Shown here piece after piece: positions 1 to 10,335 of a stretch of DNA of 64,000 nucleotides. The first letter of the stretch is position 1; every line of letters begins with the position of its first letter. Under the pieces are notes generated by a model. That model did not search any database. It was not told the origin of the DNA and worked only from the letters and a program-made list of their open reading frames with translations. The stretch is from Candidatus Binatia bacterium. Its GTDB lineage: Bacteria > Desulfobacterota > Binatia > UBA9968 > CAXXLF01. Location of the stretch: positions 640,001 to 704,000 of the forward strand of contig CAXXLF010000002.1 in assembly GCA_963664015.2 (NCBI GenBank). The letters run 5' to 3'. Both the position numbers and the translations under genes were made by a program.

Positions 1-2
1 GG

Positions 3-83
3 GCAGATTTGGATAGCGTGGTACCGCGCCTGTACATGACGGTTCGCATGCTGGAACTACTTGGCAAGATGGATACTGATTAA
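3..83 (+). CDS. 3' end of a probable M20-family peptidase (glutamate carboxypeptidase-like), truncated by the window edge
   Basis: Manual translation ADLDSVVPRLYMTVRMLELLGKMDTD* resembles the C-terminal 'LDSIVPRLYL' segment of carboxypeptidase G2-like proteins. Confidence 0.45.
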   Translation, partial: ADLDSVVPRLYMTVRMLELLGKMDTD

Positions 84-116
84 GTTAATACCCTCCTGAA
101 ACTCATGTAGCGATAG

Positions 117-842
117 TTATTCAAGCCACTCGATAAACTTCGATCTCGGCCATGGATTATCCATCCAGGAAGTGTCCGGAAGTGGTAGGTCGTTCGCATT
201 TTGGACAGAGAACCATCCGGTTTGCAAATCAAATTGACTGATCGAACCCCGTTTTGTTACCCATCGGAAGGTGTTTTGTTGCTCCATCGTGACTGCTACA
301 TCCAGTGTGGTTTTACAATCCTGTGCTACATAATCCCAAACACGCTGGAATTCGCCGTCTCTCCAAAGCTGAGGGGCCATCGAACCGTCAACTCCCGATA
401 ATTTACCCTCAAGGCCAGCTCCTTTCGCGGCGGCATTGAGGCTCACAGCGAAACCTCTTAAACAGAACACTTGAAACATCATATCGACGTGGCCAAGAAC
501 AAGTTGCTTGCAAGCATCGAAACGGTCCGATTCTTCTGCAAGTATATTGAAGTCGAACCCCGACCCGTTCCACGTGACAATGGTGTATCCCTCGTTCGAT
601 CGGTTCATCAAAAAATCAACAAAGTTGGAAAGGTCGTCCCGGGTCATTTGGGCGGCAGGTGTTTCGTCCGGATTGGTTGAATAAAACAACTGGGGCGTAT
701 CTTCATCCGATGCCAACGTCGCGGTACAACAGATTCCTAGAGGACGGTGTGACATTAGGTCTCCCGCATCTGCTGGAAGGATCTTCGCCGTTTCAATATC
801 AAAAGCAAGATATTTTCGGTCCATATTTCGATTCTCATCCAT
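117..842 (-). CDS. RNase H-like / DEDD 3'-5' exonuclease domain protein (YprB/RNase_H_2-like)
   Basis: ExoI FDIET, ExoII TWNGSGFDF and ExoIII YVAQD motifs. Confidence 0.8.
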   Translation of the reverse strand: MDENRNMDRKYLAFDIETAKILPADAGDLMSHRPLGICCTATLASDEDTPQLFYSTNPDETPAAQMTRDDLSNFVDFLMNRSNEGYTIVTWNGSGFDFNILAEESDRFDACKQLVLGHVDMMFQVFCLRGFAVSLNAAAKGAGLEGKLSGVDGSMAPQLWRDGEFQRVWDYVAQDCKTTLDVAVTMEQQNTFRWVTKRGSISQFDLQTGWFSVQNANDLPLPDTSWMDNPWPRSKFIEWLE

Positions 843-990
843 TAAAAATGAAGAAGTTTCGCTTTGCGTAATTAATCCTTATAGCAGAAACAAGGTTAGA
901 ACTAAAAGCATAGGTTGTCAGTATTCCGAAGCGCTTGATCAGAAATCCCATTGGGGAGTGGGTCAGGGTGACCCCTTACTTCCCCGCGGT

Positions 991-1444
991 CTATAACACT
1001 GGCTGATACTTCCGAACTGACCCCTTCTTGAATTCGATCGGCGGAATTGCAACACGCTCGCCGACCTTCCTCACTTCTTCGAGAACAAGCGTGAAATTCC
1101 TATCAGGAGCGGCAGAGGTGTTAAACCAGAGCATTAAACAGGTCCGCGAACGGAACTGGACCGAACCTTGAGATATCCTCACCTGGAGGCGTTGCGACAC
1201 CCAACCGCACGAGGACCCGACGGCTCGCGGATTCACACGTAATAGATCGGGTCCCCCATAACTCGATAGGCGCACCACCTCGCCACCGCCGAACCTGAGG
1301 ACCACACGACTCAGATCAAAGGAAAAGGATTCGTCCCTGCACCCCACGGGGAACAGCAACTGGCACGCTGACTTCGTACGCGAAGAACCCGCATCCCTGG
1401 AGCTGGATGGCGAAGCATATAGTCAAAATGAGAAAGGCGCGCAT
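991..1444 (-). pseudogene. Probable frameshifted hypothetical lipoprotein
   Basis: ATG at 1444 gives MRAFLILTICFAIQLQGC (signal peptide with lipobox-like LQGC), which stops after 42 codons; the 122 aa ORF 991..1359 continues in another frame. Confidence 0.35.
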
Positions 1445-1487
1445 GCTGTGAACCTACCATCCGCTGTGTCTTGGCAGCTCGACTGCC

Positions 1488-1585
1488 TTTTCCCCATCCA
1501 CCAAGATCGTCTTATTTTAGCGCTGAAACAAATGCCCGCCCCGTCCACGCCGCTTGTTGATCAAACCCGTGTAACGAAAGCAATG
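1488..1585 (-). mobile_element. Remnant of a REP-associated tyrosine transposase (RAYT / Y1 family)
   Basis: Manual translation FRYTGLINKRRGRGGHLFQR*NKTILVDGEK matches the RAYT segment 'YTxxxNxRxxRxGHLFQGRYKxILVD', with an internal TAA. Confidence 0.6.
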
Positions 1586-1976
1586 CGCCCGGTCATGAAA
1601 GTGGCGCGGTTAGGCATGCGAATGGGAGTGGCGGTGTAAAACCGATCGAATCGTGTACCTCGCGCAGCTAGCGCGTGATGTTCGGGGTTCACACCACCGG
1701 GTTGCCATAACAAACCAGATGATCGGCACGATGTTGATCGGTAATGATGAAAATAAAATTGGGGCCATTGTCCATGGCGCTGGATTCCTTCCGTGAGATC
1801 CCTTTATCACAACTGACTTCCGTTGCAACGCGCTTCGGCTTAAGGTATTGGCAGGTGAATGAATGATAATGATAGAAATTCGCGTGGTTTGGGGTCAGAC
1901 TTCTATATCTCGACTTTCTTGCAGGCCTTAAAGGCCCGCGCCTCGGTTATTCCGACTACAAGACTAAAAGGTCTTA

Positions 1977-2330
1977 CTAAGCAGCGCATTTGAAGGCGTT
2001 TTTGTTGATTTCCAGTTTATTGCCGAGCCAGAGGGAGCGGACCGTGTGGTCCCCGTAGCCGTCGCCGGAGTTGGTGCTGGGGTGGACGAGAACGTCCAGG
2101 TTCTCGCGGTTAAGCATCAGCCAGCGGACGATTTCGGAGAACTCACCCGGCATAAACTCTACCTGGTACATCCCTTTGGTGTGCGGGCCTACGGGATCGT
2201 CGTGCCAGCTGCCCAAAACCGCATCGAACTTTCCCAGGCCCTTGCGTACCCGTGCCGCCACCTCACGGGTGGCGGAATCGTAGTAGACATGGGCGTGGAA
2301 CTTGCTGATCTTGGCGGGATCGTTTTCCAT
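1977..2330 (-). CDS. DOPA 4,5-dioxygenase family protein
   Basis: FHAHVYY, PVGPH, LDVLVHP and DH..RSLWLG motifs; start moved to MENDP. Confidence 0.85.
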   Translation of the reverse strand: MENDPAKISKFHAHVYYDSATREVAARVRKGLGKFDAVLGSWHDDPVGPHTKGMYQVEFMPGEFSEIVRWLMLNRENLDVLVHPSTNSGDGYGDHTVRSLWLGNKLEINKNAFKCAA

Positions 2331-2358
2331 CGGTCTTATCCTCTTTGGGGTCTTGCCC

Positions 2359-2817
2359 TTACCCCTCCGGTGACATACCCTTCTCATTCAGCTCTTTAAT
2401 CGCATCGGCTGTTTTCTTGAGGTAGGCAACCCCCATACCTTTGAGGACATTAGGCGCCTTGGTGAACTGGATACCCTCATAGGGAACCACTTCGATTCGA
2501 TTACCCCACGGGTCACGGAAGTTGAGCCTCTGGTCGAGAGGTTCGACCCCAAGCTCTTTAAGAGCGTCGCGTATAGGCTCCCGATCGTCTACGACAAAAC
2601 CAAAATGGCGCTTCGTATCGGGTCCTCCCGTCTTACCGAGGGTCAGCTGAATAAACTGATCGCCAAGGTCGATGAAGGCGTTGTGGTCGCCCTTACCCCG
2701 GAGCTTAAATTCAAAGATAGCGCCGTAAAATTCCAACGCCTTATCCAGGTCCCCTACTTCCAGAACCACGTGGTTGATTCCTAAGGCACGGGCCTTTCTT
2801 TTACCGGAGTTGCTCAT
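2359..2817 (-). CDS. VOC / glyoxalase family protein
   Basis: GINHVVLEV, HFGFVVD and FRDPWGNRIEV motifs. Confidence 0.85.
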   Translation of the reverse strand: MSNSGKRKARALGINHVVLEVGDLDKALEFYGAIFEFKLRGKGDHNAFIDLGDQFIQLTLGKTGGPDTKRHFGFVVDDREPIRDALKELGVEPLDQRLNFRDPWGNRIEVVPYEGIQFTKAPNVLKGMGVAYLKKTADAIKELNEKGMSPEG

Positions 2818-2932
2818 AAAGTGCCTCCTTTTACCTGGGCGATGGCTCACAGGCGACGCTCCCCAGTCCTGCGAGCCCTTTTATATCTTCTACAACATGT
2901 TGGCAAGACGGCGCCGGCACCATCGAACCCGT

Positions 2933-4536
2933 TTATTCTACCAGCTTCAGGATAACCTTTTTAAGCCGTCGATGCTGGTTGAACCGGGCAATGAAATCAG
3001 ATTTTCACGGGCCACCCTTGGCGCGGGCGACCTGTACGGGGGCCCGTTTATCCGCGGTGCTCCAGCGAGAGACCCCCGGTAACGTCAGGATCAGCGGGCT
3101 CCACCGTTCCCATGCCTGCCGCTCCGCCGGCGACCAGCCTTGCTGAGATCTAACTCCCAATAGCCGAGCGGCCTCGCGCGACAGGATGCGGAGCCCCTTC
3201 TAGCGCTCGCCTCCGAAACGGTCTGCCAGCAGGCGTGAGATCTTGAGCCCAATGTTGCAAGGGGAAGTTTAGCGAGAGCGTGGAGCGGTGTCGAGGGTTT
3301 TTACCCATTTGCTGCAGCTCGGAGCGCAGGAGCGAACGTACTTGGGAATCCTCAGGTCGAAATCCAAGCTTGTAATAAAACCACCAGGCTCCCGAATGAA
3401 GCCCCTCGCTGTTGTCGTGACCGAGCTGGTAGGGATCAAGGGAAAAGGTCCGGGCGGCGAACAGATGATGGGCCACTGCCAGGGCATATCCGAATATAGA
3501 CGCGGCTTCGGCCCCCCCGGTAGGTCTCGAACACATTGAAATTGATCTCGGCGTAGTTAAAAAGCGATGTCGCACCAATGTAACCGATGGGCACACCGTT
3601 CTTGAGCACCAGGAAGCCGTATACGGCCTCCAACAGTTACCGGCGTCCGGAAATTTGTCCGATGCACGCAAACTGGAGGCCTTGACCGCAATCGACCAGC
3701 CTCACGCCGTTCTTGTCGCCAAAGGCCAAAGCGTCGATATGGCAGGCGTGGCTGATCATGGCCACGACTGCCATATCGATTAGCCGCCGGCCTTCACGAG
3801 GCGATAGCTTTCGTACCCCGACCGGAGGTTCTTAGGTTTCACGTCTCAGATCGGGGCGCACTCGGGATAGGGGCCGTTGCTGAGAAACTACAGGAACGCC
3901 GGCGAATTTCGCCACGGTACGATTCGGAGTGCGGGGACCGGACGCAAGCCGCATGGGAACATAGATTTCATCGTAGAGCTTTTCCTGAGCAAGGGATCCT
4001 GCCTTATAGGCGGCAAACCGAAGGACCAGAAAGGCAGCGTCTGTCTCGCCGGGCCCTTTGAGACGCTCGAGCCACTGCTCGGGTGAATAGTTCAACATTT
4101 CCAGGGAATAGATTTCAGAATAAGGCAGCAGGACAGGCAGCAGATCGACCAGCTTATTCTTGTTATCGAATACAACCCAGTCGATGGTAAGGTAATCAGG
4201 GAAGCGCCGGACCAACCAGCGGGCAGTGACCCAGAAAAACGAATAATAGATATCGGTGCCGGCGATGCCGGTGTCGGCAAGCGCGCGGCTAAATCTTTTC
4301 AGGTCACTGCGTTCGGATAACCCGGCGAGCATCCGCTCGACCAAGTCTAGAATCGACTTGTTGTCGGGATAAGCGTGGAGGAAGGAGAGCGTTTCGTGAA
4401 GCCGGTAGACCTCCCCTGCCTTCCCCAACCGCCGCTGACCTAGCTGCTTGAGCAGCTTTAGCTTACGCTCGGCGGCACCCTCGCCGTAAATGCTCTTTAG
4501 CGTCTCGAGCTGTTTCAGCAGAGATGAAGCATTCAC
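2933..4536 (-). pseudogene. Decayed large hypothetical gene
   Basis: The frame continues past TAA at 3832 (EPPVGVRKLSPREGRRLID...) and past a second TAA near 3637 into the 3436..3633 ORF, then shifts at a G run into the 3150..3671 ORF; residual C-terminus DFIARFNQHRRLKKVILKLVE* ends near 2933. Confidence 0.7.
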
Positions 4537-4589
4537 GTGTTTACCCCCATCGGCGGTTCGGTCCCTCGCGTCAGGCCTTTTCGGCTTAT

Positions 4590-5567
4590 TTATCGTCCCT
4601 GCAACTCCCTGGCCATATCCTTGGCAAAATAGGTGAGAATGATATCGGCGCCGGCACGCTTGATGCAGAGAAGCACCTCCGCAGCAACCCTGGCCTCGTC
4701 GATCCAGCCATTCTTTCCTGCGGCCTTGATCATGGAGTACTCACCGCTCACGTTGTAGGCAGCTACCGGATAGCCGAACTTTTGCTTCACCCGATATATG
4801 ACATCGAGGTAAGCCATGGCTGGCTTCACCATAATGATATCGGCGCCTTCGCGGATATCCAATTCCACTTCTCTCAAAGCCTCGTCCGAGTTCGCCGGGT
4901 CCATCTGATACGAACGACGATCACCAAACTGGGGCGTGGACTCCGCAGCTTCACGAAAGGGACCGTAGAAACCAGAAGAGTACTTAGCCGCATAGGCCAT
5001 AATAGCCACGTGACTAAAACCGTTCTGGTCTAGGGTAGTGCGTATGGCCCCTACCCTACCATCCATCATGTCCGACGGGGCGACCATATCTGCCCCGGCC
5101 TTGGCGTGAGAGAGTGCCTCCTGAGCCAGAAGCTTGAGCGTGCTATCGTTGTCGACATCTCCCTCTTTGATCACCCCACAGTGCCCGTGGTCCGTATACT
5201 CACAAAGACAAACATCGGTGATCACAAGGAGCTCAGGGACTTTTGCCTTGATCTCTCGTATAGCCTTTTGCACCACTCCGCTGTCGGCGTAGGCCTCTTT
5301 TCCCAACGGGTCCTTTCGCTCCGGGATACCGAAAAGGATCACGCCCGGGATACCAAGCGATTGAACCTCCTGGCACTCTTTGACAATACGGTCCACCGAC
5401 TGCTGGGCAACCCCTGGCATGCTCTTAACCGGCTGGGTCTTGTTCTTACCTGAACAAACGAACAGTGGATAAATAAAATCTTTTGGATTCAGGACTGTTT
5501 CCTGAACCATCTCACGTAATCTCTCATTTCTTCGCAGCCTTCTTGGGCGGTATCTGGGAAATTCCAT
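4590..5567 (-). CDS. hemB: Porphobilinogen synthase (delta-aminolevulinate dehydratase)
   Basis: [24 protein letters not shown] and MVKPA motifs. Confidence 0.97.
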   Translation of the reverse strand: MEFPRYRPRRLRRNERLREMVQETVLNPKDFIYPLFVCSGKNKTQPVKSMPGVAQQSVDRIVKECQEVQSLGIPGVILFGIPERKDPLGKEAYADSGVVQKAIREIKAKVPELLVITDVCLCEYTDHGHCGVIKEGDVDNDSTLKLLAQEALSHAKAGADMVAPSDMMDGRVGAIRTTLDQNGFSHVAIMAYAAKYSSGFYGPFREAAESTPQFGDRRSYQMDPANSDEALREVELDIREGADIIMVKPAMAYLDVIYRVKQKFGYPVAAYNVSGEYSMIKAAGKNGWIDEARVAAEVLLCIKRAGADIILTYFAKDMARELQGR

Positions 5568-5583
5568 CAAACCCTCCAAGCCC

Positions 5584-7293
5584 TCACTGGGTTCCGACCG
5601 GCTTACTGCTGAAGTACTCGGCAATCGCCTGGATCAGCCCCGTCACCGTATACTCCTTGGCCACCACATCGACCCTCATTCCGTTCTCCTCTGCCGTTTT
5701 CCGAGTGATGGGACCGATACAGGCCACAGCAACGCCATTTAGAAGTTTTTTTCTATCTTTTTTGGGCAACGAGTCGAGAAAATGCTTCACCGAGCTGGAG
5801 CTGGTGAAAGTTACCATGTCGATCATCTTTTCATCCAGCGTTTCTCTGAGCCATGTGGCATTGCCCTTGACGGGAACCGTCCGGTAGGCCTGAACTACAT
5901 CGACCTCCGCCCCCCATTCGCGTAACGTTCTGGGCAAAACGTCACGTGCCACAGCCGCCCGGGGTAGAAGTAACTTCTTTCCCCGAACCTCTTCAGGTTT
6001 GACTCCATGCAATAGCCCCTCGGCTCGATACTCGGCAGGGATGAGTTCGACCTTTAACCCTTCGGAGGAAATCCTCTTGGCCGTCTCGGGACCTATGGCC
6101 GCTAATCGAATACCATCTAGATGCTCGACACTCCGGCCAAGATGCCTCAGACGATTCATAAATTCTCTTACGCTGTTGACACTGGTAAACACGATCCAGT
6201 CGTACTCCTTGATGCCCTCGATGGTCTTGTCCATCGGCACATAGCTTTCCGGCGGAACGATCTGGATAGTGGGGAACTCGATGACTTGAGAGCCAAGGGC
6301 CTCGACTCCGCGGACTAAGGGGCCCGCCTGGTCCCGCGGCCGGGTAATCATAATGCGTCGCCCGGACAGGGGCAGGAACCGGCCATTGAGCAGTTTGTCC
6401 GCTCCCGCCTGAAGCAACCGCCGCGCCAGACTTTCTCCCAACTCCTCCGCCTCCTCAGCCGCACCGGAAAGCTCATCTCTCAGTACCTGCTTTCCCTCGG
6501 TGTCGGCAACGATCCCGATGAGTCTCACATTGCCCTTCTCCGCATAGGCCAGTGCCCCAACGGGCACCTGACATCCTCCCCCGAGAGCCCTGAGAAAGGC
6601 CCGTTCGGCCAGGACCTCGGTAGCCGAAGGTTGGTGATGAAGAAACGCTATTTCCCCTACGATCGGACTTCCCACACATGTCTGCAAACCCAGAGCCCCT
6701 TGAGCCGCCGCGCTCACACAGATTTCGGGGGGGAGGAACTCATTGATCCGTTTCTCCTGCCCGATCCGTCTGAGCCCCGCTGCGGCCATGATCAGAGCGT
6801 CGAACTCGCCGTCGTCCAACTTCTTGAGCCTGGTATCCACGTTGCCGCGGACAGGAACGACTTCGAGGTCGGGACGGTGGTGGAGGATCTGACTCTGCCG
6901 CCGCAGGCTCCCGGTTCCGATACGCGAACCGGAAGGCAGATCCTTCAGGGCCACTCCGTCGCGGCTAACCAGCACGTCACGGGGGTCCTCACGCTGGGGC
7001 ACGGCAGCAATGGTGAGCCCGTCGGGTATCTCTGTGGGTAAGTCCTTCATGGAATGTACTGCGAGCTCAATATTCCCTTGGAGCAGGGCGTCCTCGATCT
7101 CTTTGACGAAGATCCCCTTTCCTCCGATAACTTGCAGGGGGCTGGAGAGAAACCGGTCGCCGCTGGTCTTGACCACAACCGTCTCGACTCGACACCCGGG
7201 TAAGTGTTTTACCAATTCGCCCTTGACCCAGTGGGCCTGAGCCAAAGCCAGGGCGCTTCCCCGCGTACCGATTCGAATGTTCCTCGTAGCCAT
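5584..7293 (-). CDS. hemC: Fused hydroxymethylbilane synthase / uroporphyrinogen-III synthase
   Basis: N-terminal [18 protein letters not shown] and GGCQVP (HemC); C-terminal [24 protein letters not shown] and CIGPIT (HemD). Confidence 0.93.
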   Translation of the reverse strand: MATRNIRIGTRGSALALAQAHWVKGELVKHLPGCRVETVVVKTSGDRFLSSPLQVIGGKGIFVKEIEDALLQGNIELAVHSMKDLPTEIPDGLTIAAVPQREDPRDVLVSRDGVALKDLPSGSRIGTGSLRRQSQILHHRPDLEVVPVRGNVDTRLKKLDDGEFDALIMAAAGLRRIGQEKRINEFLPPEICVSAAAQGALGLQTCVGSPIVGEIAFLHHQPSATEVLAERAFLRALGGGCQVPVGALAYAEKGNVRLIGIVADTEGKQVLRDELSGAAEEAEELGESLARRLLQAGADKLLNGRFLPLSGRRIMITRPRDQAGPLVRGVEALGSQVIEFPTIQIVPPESYVPMDKTIEGIKEYDWIVFTSVNSVREFMNRLRHLGRSVEHLDGIRLAAIGPETAKRISSEGLKVELIPAEYRAEGLLHGVKPEEVRGKKLLLPRAAVARDVLPRTLREWGAEVDVVQAYRTVPVKGNATWLRETLDEKMIDMVTFTSSSSVKHFLDSLPKKDRKKLLNGVAVACIGPITRKTAEENGMRVDVVAKEYTVTGLIQAIAEYFSSKPVGTQ

Positions 7294-7299
7294 TACCGC

Positions 7300-8592
7300 C
7301 TAATTCTCCTCATCTTCGTCCTTGTCATCGACGTCGAAGAGCTTCCTGAGCGTGTCCAGATAGATGGCCTCTTCCTCGGGCCGGGTCCGGATCCGAACTA
7401 GAGGGGAATGTAGGATCTTATTCATCATGGCCGAAGTCATATCCTCCAGGGCCTGGCGCTCACGGTCCGAGAGGTCCTTGAGGGTCGTGTTGAGAGACTT
7501 GATCAGCTCCTGCTGCCGGATATCCTCGAACCTCTGCTTCAAAGCCACGATGGTCGGCACGTGATCGAGAGAATCGAGCCAAAGAAAAAAACTCGTCACC
7601 TCTTCAGCTATGATCTCATCGGCCTTGACCGTCTCCGTATTCCGACCCTTTAGGTTCATTTTTGAAACCTCATCCAGGTCATCGATATGGTAGAGGTAAG
7701 CATTGTCGATCTCGTTGATAGCCGGATCAAAGTTCCGCGGCACACCGAGGTCAATAAAAAACATGGCTTTTTGCTTTCTCTCCTTCAACACTTCCGCTAC
7801 CATGTCCGCACCCAGGAGAAATTGAGGCGAATCCGTGGAGCCGATGACAACCTCGGCGAGCTTCAGGTAGCGTTGGTAATCCTCAAACCGAATGGGGCTT
7901 GCGTGAAACTCTCCGGCCAGCTGCACCGCACGTTCGAAGGTCCGGTTGGTGATCATGACGCTTCGGATACCGTTCTGGATCAGATGGCGAACCACGAGCT
8001 CTCCGATCCTGCCAGCCCCGATCACCATCACAGTTTTCCCGTCGAGCTTGTCGAAAATACGCTTGGCCAAATCCACGGCCACCGAACTCACCGAGACCGG
8101 ACGGATAGCAATACCCGTCTCACTGCGCACCCTCTTGGCCACCGAGAAGGAGCGATGAAAGAGGCGATGGAGAATATTTCCCACCGTCCCCACCTCCTGG
8201 GCCGCAACATAATAGGCTTTCAATTGGCCGAGAATTTGGGGCTCCCCAACAACCATGGAGTCGAGGCTAGCCGCCACACGGAATAGATGGCGCACGGCAT
8301 CCTCGTTCGAGTAGGTGTAGAGTTGGCTTTCCATCCGCTCCGGATCCTCAACGGACTCCTGTGCGGCGAGAAATCCCTTGATATCCTGTAGCACCGATTT
8401 TTCCGTTGGTGAGACGGTTAGAACCTCGACCCGATTACAAGTGGAGAGAAGGACCCCCTCCTCCACGGAGGGAAGAGAGATCAGCCGCTTGAGAGATTCT
8501 CTGAGCGCCGAATGATCGAAGGCCACCTGTTCCCGTAATTCGACAGGCGCGGTGTGATGACTGAGACCGACTATGGTGACTGTTTTTTTCAT
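7300..8592 (-). CDS. hemA: Glutamyl-tRNA reductase
   Basis: LSTCNRVE, SLDSMVVGEPQILGQ, GAGRIG and DLGVPRN motifs. Confidence 0.97.
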   Translation of the reverse strand: MKKTVTIVGLSHHTAPVELREQVAFDHSALRESLKRLISLPSVEEGVLLSTCNRVEVLTVSPTEKSVLQDIKGFLAAQESVEDPERMESQLYTYSNEDAVRHLFRVAASLDSMVVGEPQILGQLKAYYVAAQEVGTVGNILHRLFHRSFSVAKRVRSETGIAIRPVSVSSVAVDLAKRIFDKLDGKTVMVIGAGRIGELVVRHLIQNGIRSVMITNRTFERAVQLAGEFHASPIRFEDYQRYLKLAEVVIGSTDSPQFLLGADMVAEVLKERKQKAMFFIDLGVPRNFDPAINEIDNAYLYHIDDLDEVSKMNLKGRNTETVKADEIIAEEVTSFFLWLDSLDHVPTIVALKQRFEDIRQQELIKSLNTTLKDLSDRERQALEDMTSAMMNKILHSPLVRIRTRPEEEAIYLDTLRKLFDVDDKDEDEEN

Positions 8593-8594
8593 CT

Positions 8595-9422
8595 CTACTC
8601 AAACCGACCGGCATGACGACCCGTAAAGACAAAGTCTCCCAAAAGGAAATAACTCAGCACCACTGCAAACCCCACGATGGTCCACAGGGCCGCCTTTTTT
8701 CCCCGCCAGCCACCAGTGATCCTGCCGTGCAGCAACGCCCCGTAGAGGAACCAGGTGATGGCCGAAGAAATCTGGCGCGGCTCCCACGACCAGTAGTCCC
8801 CCCAATAAACCCCGGCCCACAAACTGCCCGTAATGATCCCAAAGGTCATGAGTGGGAATCCCCAGATGAGGAAAATATAGTTAAGACGGTCCAACGTTTC
8901 CAGGGATGAAAATCGCTTGTGCAAAATCGTCCGTTTTTTGTTTTTCAGCTCGTATTCTTGAAACAGATAGACGACGCTCACACCGAAGGCCAAAGCAAAC
9001 ACGGCGTTACCAAGAAAGGCCAGGGTGACGTGTAGGGGAAGCCAATAGGTTTTCAGGGCCGGCGGGATCTCCGCGTCACCGGCACCCAACGTAAGGGCCG
9101 AAAGGCACATCAGAAAGGCCAACGGGGCGATAAAACAACCCAGAACCGTCAAACGGTACTTGAACTGAACCAGGATGTAGGTCCCCACCATGACCCAGGC
9201 TTTGAAGGAAAGCGCTTCCCGGAATTGGGTCAGGGCGGGAAAGCCAGCATGAAAGAAAATGACGGCGAGGGCCGTACTGTGAATGATCAAACCGATTAGA
9301 AGAATAAACGGGGAAATGCGCGAATAGGAGTCCTTGCCAACAAATAGGTAAAGAAAGAAGCTCCCCGTCGCTACGAGGTAAATTAGAACCGTAAGCTGGA
9401 GCAGGTGGATCGCCATAGGCAC
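8595..9422 (-). CDS. ccsA: Cytochrome c assembly protein (CcsA/ResC family)
   Basis: Multi-pass membrane protein with WWD-type domain GSLWAGVYWGDYWSWEPRQ; located next to hemA. Confidence 0.88.
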   Translation of the reverse strand: MPMAIHLLQLTVLIYLVATGSFFLYLFVGKDSYSRISPFILLIGLIIHSTALAVIFFHAGFPALTQFREALSFKAWVMVGTYILVQFKYRLTVLGCFIAPLAFLMCLSALTLGAGDAEIPPALKTYWLPLHVTLAFLGNAVFALAFGVSVVYLFQEYELKNKKRTILHKRFSSLETLDRLNYIFLIWGFPLMTFGIITGSLWAGVYWGDYWSWEPRQISSAITWFLYGALLHGRITGGWRGKKAALWTIVGFAVVLSYFLLGDFVFTGRHAGRFE

Positions 9423-9480
9423 TTAACCATTATACCCTACCCTCGGTCTGGCTCAAATTCCATATTACCAATAACCCCAC

Positions 9481-10335
9481 TTATCGGGTCCGTTTGGCCT
9501 GTAAAACCACTCGGCCCCGAGCCCCCAGGGTCGCCAGCATGTGCCCCATCTTGGGGTGTTCGGGTTCCAGGTCGGTGCGCAAGCCGTATTGCTCAATGGC
9601 CTCTGTACAGATCGGCCCAATAGAAGCAATCAGGACATTGCCCATGGCCTGGCGCAAAAGATAATCCGTATTGTCCTGTTTAGCCAGGTCAAACAGGTGA
9701 AACACCTGTGTGGCATTGGTAAAAATCACGATATCGGCCTGGCGATCCAGTATCCGCTTCAATGCAAACCGAAGCGGCCCCGTGTCCTCAGGAAATGCCC
9801 AACGGTAGATGGGGACACGTAACACCTCAGCACCGCGCGCCTCCAGCCCGGCGATCAAGTCTCTGTTGGTCGCGCCGTACTCCTGCACCGCGACCCGTTT
9901 CCCCCGGACCTCTGCCTTGCTGTCCAATTCGGCCAGGACCTCGCGCCAGGTATTGGGCTCGGGCACGGTGATAGCGGGAAGCAGCCTCATTTCTTTGAGC
10001 ACTGCGGCAGGCTTCGGCCCCCGGGCCACAATGGCAGTCTTTTCCATGGCTGCTACGACCTTATTTTCCGAGAACTCGCCCGCAACCGCTTCGATGAGGG
10101 CCCGAGTTCCTACCCCGGTCATCAGGATTAAATAGTCGATGCTTCCCTTCTCGAGTTCCGTGATCAAATCGAAGGCACCGCGGTTTTCCTCAAGGGGGAT
10201 CTCCCGCATCGCGGGACCGATGAAAGGTTCGCCGCCGTAGTTTCGGATCAACTCGGCCATCTCCTGAGCCCGACGGCTCTCAAAGGAAACGATTCGCAGC
10301 CCTTCAAGGCTGGATTTGCGATCGGTCTCCATCAA
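9481..10335 (-). CDS. hemD: Stand-alone uroporphyrinogen-III synthase
   Basis: FESRRA, MTGVG, ARGPKP, VQEYG, YRW, FTNA and SIGP motifs. Confidence 0.85.
   Translation of the reverse strand: MMETDRKSSLEGLRIVSFESRRAQEMAELIRNYGGEPFIGPAMREIPLEENRGAFDLITELEKGSIDYLILMTGVGTRALIEAVAGEFSENKVVAAMEKTAIVARGPKPAAVLKEMRLLPAITVPEPNTWREVLAELDSKAEVRGKRVAVQEYGATNRDLIAGLEARGAEVLRVPIYRWAFPEDTGPLRFALKRILDRQADIVIFTNATQVFHLFDLAKQDNTDYLLRQAMGNVLIASIGPICTEAIEQYGLRTDLEPEHPKMGHMLATLGARGRVVLQAKRTR

Noticed and set aside
1608-1616. GCCTAAC right after a small minus-strand ORF, resembling an integron attC inverse core site
   Set aside because: No matching GTTRRRY with a paired stem at a suitable distance and no integrase; the downstream sequence is better explained as a RAYT remnant
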